From: Octopus bimaculoides
Lineage: Eukaryota
Direction: 5' to 3'
DNA: 64,000 bases
NCBI RefSeq assembly: GCF_001194135.2
Contig: NC_068986.1
Coordinates: forward strand, 59,803,967-59,867,966
Below are positions 50,098 to 63,001 of this stretch, one piece after another. The position numbers were made by a program, and so were the translations under genes. Within the stretch, counting starts at the first letter, position 1; each line of letters starts with the position of its first letter. The notes beneath the pieces were generated by a model, which saw only the letters and a program-made list of their open reading frames with translations, searched no databases and had not been told where the DNA came from.

Positions 50098-53000
50098 CAA
50101 CATCATCATTATCATTGTTTAACGTCCGATTTCCATGCTAGCATGGGTTGGACTATTTGACTGAGGACTGGCAAACCAGATGGCTGCACCAGGCTCCTAT
50201 CTGATCTGGCAGAGTTTCTACAGCTGGATGCCCTTCCTAATGCCAACCACTCTGAGAGTATAGTGAGTGCTTTTACATGCCACCGGCACAAGGTCCAGTC
50301 AGGCAGTACTGGCAATGGCCACGCTCAAAATGGTGTCTTCTATGTGCCACCTCCACAGGAGCCAGTCCAGCAGCACTGGCAATGACCTCGCTCGAATATT
50401 TTTTCACATGCCACTGACACAAGTGCCAGTAAGGCGACGCTGTTAACGATCACGTTCAAATGGTGCTATTTACGTGCCACTGGCACGGAAGCCAGACGGC
50501 TGCTCTGGCAATGATCATGCTCGCACGGTGCTGTTAGTGCTTCACTGGCACAAGTGCCTGTCATCGAATTTGGTTCAATTACGATTTTGATTTCACTTGC
50601 CCCAACAGGTCTTCGCAAGCAGAGTTTAGTGTCCAATGAAGGAAAGGTACGCATAAGTGGGCTGGCTACACCCCTGGAAGAGGCCACGGATTATGGTCTC
50701 TCTTGGCATGCCGGGTCTTCTCACGCACTGCATATTTCCAATTGCCTCAGTGAGGCCCAATGTTCGAAGGTGGTGCTTCACCACTTCATCCCAGGTCTTC
50801 CTGGGTCTACCTCTTCCACAGGTTCCCTCAACCGCTAGAGTGTGGCACTTTTTCACACAGCTATCCTCATCCATTTTTACCACATGACCACACCAGCACA
50901 ATCGTCTCTCTTGCACACCACAACTGATGCTTCTTAGGTCCAACTTTTCTCTCAAGGTACTAACACTCTGTCTAGTATGCACACTGCATACTGGCTTCAT
51001 TTCTTGCAAGCTTATGCATGTCCTCGGCAGTCATGGCCCATGTTTCACTGCCATGTAGCATGGCTGTTCGTACACATGCATCATACAGTCTGCCTTTTAC
51101 TCTGAGTGAGAGGCCCTTTGTCACCAGCAGAGGTAAGAGCTCTCTTTACTTTGCCTAGGCTATTCTTATTCTAGCAGTTACACTTTCAGCGCACCCTCCC
51201 CTGCAACTGACTTGGTCACTTAGGTAACAGAAACTATCAACTACTTCTAGTTTTTCTCCCTGGAGTGTGGCAAAGGTTGTTCTCTGCACATTTTCAGTGT
51301 TTATTGTTCCTGAGCATCTGCCACATACAAAAACTATCTTCCCAGTTAACCTTCCTTTGATATTGCTGCACCTCTTATGTGTCCATAGCTTAAACTGGGT
51401 ACATCTTATAGAGTTTCTACCTACGCCTCTTCTACAGATCAAGCAGGGCCATCTACTTGAAGGGATATGTGTTTTGTCTACCTTCCTACTTATTAGGACT
51501 TTGATTTTAGCTAGGTTGACTCTAAGGCCCTTCGATTCTAGTCCTTGCTTCCACACCTGAAACTTCTCAAGTTCTGNNNNNNNNNNCCCTTCGATTCTAG
51601 TCCTTGCTTCCACACCTGAAACTTCTCAAGTTCTGATAGTGACTCAGCAATTAGTGCAAGGTCATCAGCATAGAGGAACTCCCAGGGGCATCCTGCCTTG
51701 AATTCATGTGTCATTGCCTACAGGACTATGATAAATAGGAGGGGGCTGAGGACAGAACCTTGGTGGACCCCTACCTGTACCCGGAATTCTTCATTGTACT
51801 CGTTGCCAACCCTCACCTTACTTACAGCGTCCCTGTACATGGCTCGCACAGCTCTTACTAACCATTCATCTATCCCTAGTTTCCTCATTGACCACCAGAT
51901 AAGGGAACAGGGGACCCTATCAAAGGCTTTCTTCATGTCAACGAAAGCCAGGTACAGAGGTTTATCCTTGGCTAAGTATTTCTCTTGCAGCTGTCTTACC
52001 AGAAATATAGCATCAGTGGTGCTTTTCCCTGGCACGAACCCAAACTGCATCTCATCTAAACAGACTCACTTCCTAATTATTTGAGCTATGACCCTCTCCG
52101 TGACTTTCATTACCTGATCTAACAACTTGATACCTCTGTAATTATTTGTATCNNNNNNNNNNCTTTTCCCTGGCACGAACCCAAACTGCATCTCATCTAA
52201 ACAGACTCACTTCCTAATTATTTGAGCTATGACCCTCTCCGTGACTTTCATTACCTGATCTAACAACTTGATACCTCTGTAATTATTTGTATCTAAAGCG
52301 TCACCTTTACCTTTGTAGCAATTGACTATGGCGCTGCTACACCAGTCATTGGGTATGACTCCTTCGTGTATCACCTGGTTAACTATACGGGTGACGAGGC
52401 TTTAGCCAGCACTGCAAGATATTTTGAGCATCTCTGCAGTGATTCCTGATGGGCTGGGGGCTTTCCTTGTCTTCATACTCTTAATTGCTTTATCTACCAT
52501 GGTACTGTCAACTCGGATTGCTAGTCCCTCTGTTGGGTCGACATTTGGCAGACTCTCCTTCTCTCATTCATTCTCTTTATTGAGCAGCCTTTTATAGTGG
52601 CGTCTCCAAACCTCTCATTGCAGCCTCGTTTAGTGCAAGTGAACCATCATCCATATGGACACATTTCTCTCCTACGACATCATGATTCTCTCTCACACGC
52701 TGTCTTGCAACACGAAATACTTCAAGTCTTTGGTCCTCATGGTGCAGAACATTGGCAAATTTTTTCTTATCTGCTTCCCTTCTGGTTAAATAAACCTGTC
52801 TCCTAGCTTCCCTTCTGGAAGTCTGATACAATTCCCTGCTACCACTGTTCTTCCAATCCTTCCAAGCCTGTTTCTTTTGTCTAATAGCCTTGTCAACCAC
52901 ATTGTTCCACCACCACATTACCTTGGGTTGAGAGGGGACTTTGCACCATCCACAGATCTGGTTAGAGGCCCTCAGCAGGTTGTCCTGTAGAAACCTCCAG

Positions 53001-53860
53001 TTGTCTCCTACATTGTGTGAAGCTATATCCCCTACTATTTCGTCAAAGGCTTCGAGTAATATGTCTCTAAATCTCTGCCTATTCGCAGGATCATTAAGCT
53101 TCCAGACCCTTAGCCAGTTAGTCTGCAAGAGGGTGTCATAAAATTGGTCTTTCTGTCCATCGGGTAGCCCTGGCTGAGGGGCACAGGCCGAGGTAATTGT
53201 TGTTAACCCATGATGAAGGACTAATCTAATCTTAAGTATTCTATCCCATACTCTGACTACCTCGATTACCTTATCCACCCATTTCACTGCAAGAAGTATA
53301 CCCATGCCCCCGACCCCACCTGTGTTCCCTGCCCAGAAAATCTTGTACCTGTGTTCTTTGCCTGTGAGGAACCTAGCGGGACCTCCTCTCCACCTTACTT
53401 CTTGGAATCAGCAGATATCGACACATCTCCGTTCAAGCATCTCAACAATCTCACCAGGCCTACCTCACAGTGTGCTGACGTTGAGTTTGCCAACCCTGAG
53501 GATANNNNNNNNNNACTAATCTAATCTTAAGTATTCTATCCCATACTCTGACTACCTCGATTACGTTATCCACCCATTTCACTGCAAGAAGTATACCCAT
53601 GTCCCCGATTCCACCTGTGTTCCCTGCCCAGAAAATCTTGTACCTGTGTTCTTTGCCTGTGAGGAACCTAGCGGGACCTCCTCTCCACCTTACTTCTTGG
53701 AATCAGCAGATATCGACACATCTCCATTCAAGCATCTCAACAATCTCAGCAGGCCTACCTCACAGTGTGCTGACGTTGAGTTTGCCAACCCTGAGGATAT
53801 GGGAGGTGTGGGCCCGTGGGACCCTGGGACGGGGGACAGCAGCGTCATGTACCTGAAAAG
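50098..53860 (-). mobile_element. Near full-length decayed RTE-clade LINE (EN, RT, PHD-like finger)
   Basis: EN start LRVGKLNV..L.GRPGEIVEML..R.VDI..QEVRW, RT QFGFVPGKSTTDAIF..FVDMKKAFDRV, GVHQGSVLSPLLF and YADDL, terminus GRGRPRKTWDEVV, and a (GAT)n tail. There is an internal deletion in the EN region near 53120. Confidence 0.95.
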
Positions 53861-54040
53861 AAAGCTCGCATTTGGCAGAATTAATAAACAAGCAGTAGCC
53901 TTCAATTCAACCTGCATACACTACACTATCATATTCTTGCACTATGTGATCACTACCTTACATAGGAGGAGATAAACTTAAGTAGGGGTGGGGGTGGCAT
54001 GAAGCCTTTAGAAGTGTTCATGGGAGACAACCAAAGGATG

Positions 54041-54152
54041 GGAGAGGATAGGAGCTTCCAGAACTGGTGGAGAGGATAGGAACTTCTGGTACTGGTGGAG
54101 AGGATAGGAACTTCCGGTACTGGTGTAGAGGATAGGAACTTCCGGTATTGGT
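54041..54152. repeat. Minisatellite, 4 x 28 bp (ggagaggataggaacttccggtactggt)
   Basis: Units start at 54041, 54069, 54097 and 54125. Confidence 0.9.
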
Positions 54153-54324
54153 GGAAGGGGTGGGAGGGCAGGTGCACCACAAGCAGAGTAAGTCAGAGGT
54201 ATTAAGATCGAGTAGGGGAATCGGGGTGCGTGCATTAGTTTATAGTCCTGGCGAAGCAAGAGATAATCGAAAGAGGGAGAGAGAGAGAGAGTGAGATTGA
54301 GAGAGACAGAGTAAGGCAGAGAGA

Positions 54325-54343
54325 GGGTTAGGGTTAGGGTTAG
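54325..54343 (+). repeat. Short interstitial telomere-type repeat (GGGTTA)3G
   Basis: gggttagggttagggttag directly after a (GA)n tract. Confidence 0.6.
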
Positions 54344-56559
54344 TGGTCAGAACACGAGGGAAAAAAATATTCGTTCGGGATTTGTGTAACATAGTTTAAC
54401 GAGACAGCAAATGTTGATAATAGTAATATAGAATTGAAAAATCTGAGAGTTTTCAGTCAGAAGTATAGAAATAAGTGACTGTGTGATAAACTTGAATAAA
54501 AGAATGAATTTGATGACATGGCAATGAAACATATATGTAATGTTGGTGTATATATATCCATTTATCCAATATCCAAAAATAAAAATGGAAAAAGAAGAAC
54601 TAGGAAAGAAAAAGAAAGAAAAGAGAAAACAATAAAAAAACAAAAATGAAAGAAAGAAAGAAAAAGATAAAAAACATCAATGTAACACCAAGTGTCTCAA
54701 TTATTTGCACACCATTAGGTTCAATGGAACCTACTGAAGCAAGCCAACATGCTTGCGGCATTACCACAGGCGATGGTGAGACTAAAGGCATTGGAACAGC
54801 CTGACACCTCAGCAAAGTGAGCCACCAGCAGTGACAAGAACTTCACCATTAGCAGGTCAGCCCCTCCAAATGTCTCAAACATCACAGTCTGGAAGAGATA
54901 GTTCACTGACAGGTCCTGATACTTCAGGATTTTGTTGTTTGGCTAGGGAAGCAGAGACCTTCCCATTTACTGCAGCATCCAGGATATGGGAGGGAGGAAA
55001 GGGGTTACAGACTGTGAAGTCCCAAATGAGGTATCTACTTCTTACCTAGGAACAGAGGGTTAGACCATCTGGTCTCTTCCCATCACTTCTAGATAATCCC
55101 ACTTTCAATCCATATTTAGCTTTACATATATAAACTCTAGCTGAATTTTATAGATTATTGTATATGGAAGCCATCACCAGACCATTGGCTTCTCTTGCTC
55201 ACTCTGACCCCAAAATTGCTCACAGGCATTTTTGGTTTGAACAGTTGTGTGAAGTACATGATCAGAAAAAAGATGGTAGTGGAGATAATCAGAGTTATGT
55301 TGAGTCCTTCTCTGATCCATAGATGTTTCTTAGCCATATGTGGAAATATTATCTAGTTTGTGCTTATTATTGTTCTATATATATTTCAGCTATATAGGAT
55401 TCAAAAAGAATCAAGGCACATTAATATGTTGCATGCTACTGATCAGCCAGAGAGTATCATGCAGAGCAGACATTGAAATAATCCATTATCAGCACAGAAG
55501 GCATTAATGAAGTCAAGACACTGTTGTTGGGTAATCTGTAAATTCAACAGCGCACAAATTATTCAATGAATAATAAAACATTGAATATGGCGTAAAATAA
55601 TAATAAACAAATAAATGGATTCTAAATGTTACAACAATTATTTTGATAAGAATCTTCACTTTCATGGAAGCATAATACAATTCTTTGGATTATGTAATAC
55701 ATTATGCAATTCTCACACTCATCATGCAATATTTAAAACAGAGTGATGATATGTTGAGTAATCAAATGATTCTCGGCAAGTGGAGTTACAAACCAAGGTA
55801 CCGACTTATAAAATGTATAAAGTAGATGTATCATGAAATTGACACTTAATTATAGTATAGAACAGGAAGGAGAGGAATTATAATTTGCAGTTATAGACTT
55901 TAAAAGGGAGTCAGAGAGGTTCATTTACTTTCAGTAAAGCAGACAATTGGCACCAATAAGCACATTAACTCCTTCAGATATATTCCAAGCAAATGTTTAC
56001 AATACCTCTTAAAACCGTTATTTTCTGTTTTAACACTTATTTATATGCATCTATAAGCTCTTTGTAGCCATAAAAGAAATTATTATAATCATTTTATTAT
56101 TATTGTCATTGTCCTTTAGTGTTAGGTCTACCATAATCAAGCAAACCTATAAGCTGTGATCATCTTTAATTTTTGCCTTCATGCAGGGAAGCCAGAATCA
56201 CATTGCCTGTTTCCTTTTCTTTTTTCTAAGATGTAATTTTGTTGCTATTTCTAGAAGCCAGTGTGAACAGAAAGAATCTCCTATGGTCACACCTCATTAT
56301 TATTACTGAGTGGTGAAATGTAAAATTTGTAAAGTGGCAACTTTGCCTTGCATTCTAACTGGACCCCCACCTGCAAGGTCATGTGTTGATTATCTTGATA
56401 TGAGGTCACCATGTTCCACACATATTGTTGTAGTGCATGTGTTTGGTGTACCCTTATCAGATGGGTAATCATGATTGGTATATTGGGCTTCATATATTTG
56501 TACCCTAGTATCACTTTGATGGCATATACTGTTCTCTCACTCAATAATAATAGAATAAT

Positions 56560-57693
56560 AGAGGAGAATTAGGAAGGTGCTTGAAACAAAATTAAATGGA
56601 GGCAATATCATTAAAGCCATAAATAAATGTGTTTTGCCTGTATTGAGATACTCTGCTCCCTGTCTGAAATAAACAAAGGCCAAATTACAAAACTTGGAAT
56701 GAAGAACTAGAATACTGCTTACAATGCACTTCACCCTAAAAGCAATAACAAGAAAGAAAGGCGGCAGAGGATGGCTAAACACAGAAGACACTGCTAATAC
56801 TGCGATACTGGGTCTGAAAAATTATGTTGTGCAGGGTAAAGTGACTGAAATAGTAGAATTCGAAGGAAGAAGAACAAAACAAACAAATGACAAGAAATGG
56901 AACTATATAGCCAATGCATGCAAGAAACCGAGAATGTTGGAAGTAAAGATCACTGGCTCTGGTTGACAGATGACAACTTGAAACAAAAGACAGAAGTGCT
57001 ACCTATATCTGCTCAGGAACAAGCCCTAAGAGCAAATCTGATAAAAGCAAAGATCAACAAAACTGTTGGAAAGCAAATGTAGAATCTGCAGGAAAGGAGA
57101 TAAAAATATCAATCATCTTCAGAGCAAGCACAGTATACTAGCACAAAAGATGTATAAGCATAGATACAACTGTGTAGGCAAAGGAGTGCACTGGAATCTT
57201 GGCTGATTGTGTGGCTTCAAAACAACAGAAAAGTGGCATGTACACAGACTAGAGGTTGTGATATGAAATGAGAATTACAAGATCTTGTGGGGTTTCCTCA
57301 TAAAGATTGATCATACTATTTAAACAAGAAGATCAGATATGATCATAGAGGACAAATAAACAAATAGTGTAAGACCATTAATTTTGCAACTCCGTATGAT
57401 ACAATCGATACCAAAGAAACTGGAAAAAATTAAGAAATATCAGGATCTAGCCAGAGAACCAAAGCGATTATGGAAGACTAAAACAATTATTCATGTAGTA
57501 ATTGGTGCACTTGGCACAGCACCCAAAATTATACCTAAAATCTAAAAGAGATTGGAATTAAAACTTGCATTGTCAACTGGCTGAAAGGCACCATGCTACA
57601 TTCAGCAAAAATCCTAAGGTAGATTTTTGAGATTTGAGCAGACTTGTCAACAGACATCAAAAGAAAATACCTACTAAGTTAGCAGGCACTAGC

Positions 57694-57777
<84 letters not shown>

Positions 57778-57785
57778 ATAATAAC
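56560..57785 (+). mobile_element. R4/Dong-clade LINE, 5'-truncated, decayed
   Basis: INKCVLPVLRYSA, RKKGGRG, CRIC..H zinc-knuckle remnant, KYQDLARE..LWK..VIGALGTAP, and a (TAA)n(TGA)n tail. Confidence 0.85.
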
Positions 57786-58861
57786 AGCATGAAATTGTGA
57801 TAGCAAACTGCTGGGAAGATAGATCAAATCTGAAACTATCACGAAGCAGAAATTAAAAATCTACAAAAAACAATGAAAGAAAATTATGTCTAAATGTAAA
57901 CCATCGCAGGAAACCGAAAGATTTTCCTTATATGGAGTATATATATATATATATTTATATACAAAAAATAGCTATCCCCAAATGAACTGTTATAGCAACA
58001 TGTGCATAAAAATGTAAACACATTTCTATACGAAAACTGCAAACTTGTGAGTAAAATTCTAAATCTTATATTTTAATTACATATACATCCATATTTATAC
58101 AAAACCTCAATATATATGCACGTTGCTATTTCTTCTCAGTCTCTCACTGATACATTAACAATAATTATAATTATAACTACGAAAGAAACATTAACACATG
58201 TCCATGGGTGGTGTTCAGTTAAAAAAGTAAATGCTGTGAAAACAGAACCCATAATATAACAAAACCACACAAAAGAGAAAAAATAGCGGACAAATAATCA
58301 TAAATACTATGAAATAGGTCATTGATGATATATCAATAATAATTATAATTATGGTTATAACTACGAAAGAAATATCAACACATGTCCACAAGTTGTGTTC
58401 ACTTAAAAAAGTAAGTGTTGAGAAAACAGAACCCACAATAAAACCAAAAGGGAAAGAACAGCAAACTGATAGTCATAAATATTATGAAATAGTTGATTTA
58501 TGATTTACACACTACTATGCACCCCCCCCCCACACACACACACAAACAACATACAAGAATAAACTCATACCGTAAATACCCAACAAAATGAACAAAACCC
58601 ACATGTGCCATAGAGGGCCGATACCTGACAGAAAAATACAACCTGTGCTGCACAAACAACACACAATACAAAAAGTAATGCAACAGAAAACTCAAACCAA
58701 ACCCCATAACAAAACATACTGATACAATACAATATCTACCCCACCCCTAAAAAATGCATCACACCCCACCCTAACATCATTTGTTGCATAAAGATGCAAT
58801 AAATGATGCAGTAGAAAGTTGCTTGAAAAATAACGGTGGTAATGATGATGGTGATAAACAT

Positions 58862-61800
58862 TATCTTACCTCAGTTTATGAAAGACAGGAGTTTTTGAAG
58901 AAACTTTGGTTATAACAGTGAAAATGAAGCTGGACCATTAAGGGAAGGCCTCTCACTTGGTAGTGGTTCAGTAAACATGCAAACTGACCACAGCTGTTAT
59001 CTTAATACAGCATCAGTAGATGATAGAGCAAGGAGGAGGAAGTGGACCAGTGAAGGAAAAAGGATAGTAATGCAGTGCTACTTAGAAAGTGAAACTAAAA
59101 GAAGGGGCTATAGAAAGCGAATGTTAACACTTTGGGTAGAGAAAGGTATGTTTAAAGTAACTGTGCAGAGATTAGTTGATCAAGCTAATACTATTAGGAG
59201 AAGAAAGTGGATGACAGAATTGGAGGTAGAAGAGATCACAAGAGAATTGGAAAAGAAAGACCAAGCAGAAGGAAAAAATAATAATAGTGCTGCCGATAAG
59301 GAAGGGATAACTGGCACCAGCAACTTAAGTGATTTAAGTCAGGAAGATCAGAAGATTTTAGATGAGCTGCAGGATGTAATGAATCAAGAAGTAAGAAAAA
59401 GGTTGCCAATATTAAAAGGCACCAACAGAAGGAAGCTGCTAGAAATGATTAGGAAAGTAGATTTTGTTATCAGTAGGATAGATACTAAAAAATATAGGAG
59501 ACACTAACTTACTGATCTATACAGGAGGGGTAGTAGTCACCATTAGATATCTCACAGGGAAAGATTAAAAAAGAGCAAATATGGAAAATGAGACTACAAA
59601 ATAAAGTGAAGACTTTAAGACAAGATCTGAGTAGAATAGAAGCCTGGAAACTGAACAAGTTAGGAAACACAAGATGCAAATCTTCCCTCAAGAAAAGATA
59701 CTTAGTCAAAGAGAAAGGATTTGGGACAGTAATAGAAGAGTTGAAACAGCGTATCATAGCAGTAGCAGGTAAGCTTTCCAGATATAAGAAAAAATAGGTC
59801 AGTATCAACAGAATAAATTATTTGAGACAGACCAGAGGAGATTTTATAACCAAATAAATAGTGGAGAACGAAGCACTGAAGATGAGAAACCTAATGCAGA
59901 AGAAGTTAGAAAGTTCTGGAGTAATATTTGGGATAAACCAGTCAATCATAATGGAGATGCATTATGGTTAAAGAAAGTGAGAGAAGAAGTAGTGAGTGAG
60001 AAGCAGCCAGATCTAAGATTAACTAGTGCATTAATGGGTAAAGTGTTAGGAAAAATGACGAATTGGAAGGGCCCAGGACCAGATGTAGTTCAAGAGTACT
60101 GGCTAAAGAAATTTAGTGGTTTACATGGGAGGCTGAGGGAACAACTTCAGGATTGCCTTAATGGAGGAATAATACCAGATTGGATGACTAAAGTGAGGAC
60201 AATACTCATTATGAAGGATAAGAGCAAAGGTAATACAGAAAGCAACTATAGACCAATGACTTGCTTACTATTAGCATGGGATTTGTTAACAGGAATGCTT
60301 TCAGAAAGCATTTACAAGTACCTTGACAACCTAAATTTACTGTCAGAAGAACAGAAAGGTAGCAGGAAGAAGGTAAGAGGAACGCATGATTTATCATACA
60401 TAGACAAAGTAGTTCCAAACGAAGTAAAATCTAGAAAGTAAAACCTGGATAGATTACAGGAAAGCCTATGACATAATCCCACACTCATGGATAAGTGAAT
60501 GTTTGAGTATATTTAGTATAGCAGACAACATAAATGAATTAATTATCTGTAGCATGAAGAAATGAAAAGTAGATCTCTACTCAGATGACACACTCTTAGG
60601 AAAGTTAATATCAAAAGAAGAATTTTCCAGGGGAACTTGTCTCCTTTATTTGTCTTATGTTTGATCCCACTCAGTTTGCTATTAAGGAAGGCAAATGCAG
60701 TTCATAAATAGTAGGGGGAAAATTAACCATTTACTCTACATGGACGATCTGAAGCTTTTTAGTAAGAATGAAAAAGGGATAGATTCCTTAATACAGACTA
60801 TAAAACGCTTCAGCAAAGATACAGGAATAGAATTTAGCATAGATTAGTGTGCAATATTAGTCATTAGAAGGGGACAGGTAGTCAACAGCGAAGGCATCCA
60901 ATTACCAGATGACCAGACATTAAAATCATTGAAAGGAGGAGAGGGTTATAAGTATCTAAGAGTATTAGAATCTGACAGGGTACTAACTATAGAAATGAAA
61001 ATTGAGAAGAAGCACATCAGAAGGGTGAGGAAGTTAATGAAGTCAAAGCTATATGGTCTGAAGTTAGTGAAGGCTGTAAATACTTGAACAATATCATTAC
61101 TTAGATAGTCAGCAGCTTTTGTTGATTGGACAAAAACTGAATTAGCAAAGTTAGACAGAAGAACTAGGAAGGAATTCAATATGGAGGACTCCACCCAAGG
61201 GCAGGAGTAGCAAGTACCTTCCGAGAAAGGATGGCGGAAGAGGGTTAATACCAGTAGAAGACTGCGTAGAGTTAGTTAGAGTAGATATAGACTCTTATGT
61301 AGGTAATAGTGAAGAAAATTTATTAAAAGCTTCTAGAGTCACAGCAAGACATAGGGAAACGAAAAACCCAAATGAACTTAAAAACCAGAAAAAAGAACAG
61401 AAATTATCTGACTGGCAGGAGAATGCATTGCAGTGTAGATTCCTAAAGATAGTTACAGCAAATAGTAGTAGTGAGACATGGTTATGGTTGCAGAAAGGAA
61501 ACCTGAAGAGGGAGATAGAAAGTTTGTTAGTAGCTGCATAAGGTCAAACATTAAGGACTAATTGGATAAAAGCCAAGATAGGCAAGAACCAAATAGATTC
61601 AAAGTGTAACTCACATAGTAAGTGAATGTAGCATGCTGGTACAGAAAGAATACAAGAAAAGACATGACAATCTAAGGAGAATAATCCACTAGGAGTTATT
61701 TAGAAAGCTAGGATTTGAACATACTGATAAATGGTATGAACATGAACCTAGTAAAGTACTAAAAGTAAGAAATACAAGATGTTGTGGGACTTTAACATTT

Positions 61801-62235
61801 ATACTGACAGAGTAATAGAAGCTAGAAGGCCTGATTTGGTAGTAGTAGGTAAAGAGGATAGAAAGTGCCAGATAATTGACTTTACAGTCCCAAATGATGA
61901 AAACAATAATATGAGAAGTATAGAAGAAATAGTAAAGTACCAGGACCTAGCTAGTGAATTACAGAAACGATGGAAAGTGCGGGTAAAATGTATTCTAGTA
62001 GTTATAGGTACATTGGGAACTATCCCTAAAGATCTGAACAGATGGATAGAGGAAATAGGCATAAAACTCAGTTTAGTACATCTCCAGAAAACAGTGTTAT
62101 AAGGGATAGCTAGGATACTAAGGCAGGTTCTGGCATCTAAAGTTACTTGTTGTAGCCCGATGTTAGGATTTTTTCTTTCCCAATAATCTAATCTGTTGAG
62201 TGCATATGAAAATAATAATAATAATAATAATAATG
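58862..62235 (+). mobile_element. Near full-length decayed R4/Dong-clade LINE (RT + restriction-like endonuclease)
   Basis: N-terminal RRKWT..VMQCYL.S...RGYRKRM..W, YRPMTCL, RT HLLYMDDLKLF (60737-60748), RLE RRPDLVV..IIDF.VP.D...KYQDL, and an (AAT)n tail. Confidence 0.95.
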
Positions 62236-63001
62236 TTGATGATGATAATGATGGAGCAGGGATGATAGTAATAATGATAATTTAATAAAATAGAACAGCA
62301 AACCTGTTTGAGTGTATCTTAGAATTAATAAGTAAAGACCAGTTCAAACAGAAAATTTGTGAACTGGAGTTTGCAAGAAGATACAACTGAAATCTTGTTA
62401 GACAATGCCATCAACATTACCATCATCAACAACAAATCTATTCCTATTACTACTACTATAACCAACATCACTACTAACAGGTGAGGGATATATTTGATTA
62501 ATTCACCTGAAATAGGATAGTCTATTGAAGTGGACAATAATGATTTTCTGCTTACACAAGGCCTTTCTACTTGAGATAGGAAGTGGAATTTATTGTAGAT
62601 TTATCAGTTCCAATTCCTCAAATAATTGGTGAATGATGACAGCAGCTGCAAGAAGTTTTGTATGAGGAATCAGTACAGCACATTGACAAGGAGCAGAAGT
62701 TATTTCCTGTCAACTATATAAAAAATATCCATGATACATGCAGCAAATGAATGCTAAATAAACAGTATGTGAACTAGTTTGGTTTTGTCAGTAAACAGAA
62801 ATCTTTGATAGATGAGAATGATAGGGACAATAGTAACGAATGTTGATGTCTGACAACAATTTGTTTATTTACTTCTTTTATAAATTTTTTCTGAAGAAGG
62901 AGAAGCTTAGATTGATGCAGTCAATGTACATTGTGAACTTAAAGTGGCTAGCAAGATGCATATCCTAATGACACATTTCTTGATTTAATATATATGTATA
63001 T

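Noticed and set aside
51527-53800. Tandem duplications across 10-N gaps (about 51527/51587, 52024/52163 and 53220/53515)
   Set aside because: Near-identical overlaps on either side of fixed-length gaps are most simply unmerged contig ends or haplotypes.
54041-54152. Regular short repeats as a possible CRISPR-like array (also 63809-63883)
   Set aside because: The units are contiguous with no unique spacers, and the context is eukaryotic. These are minisatellites.
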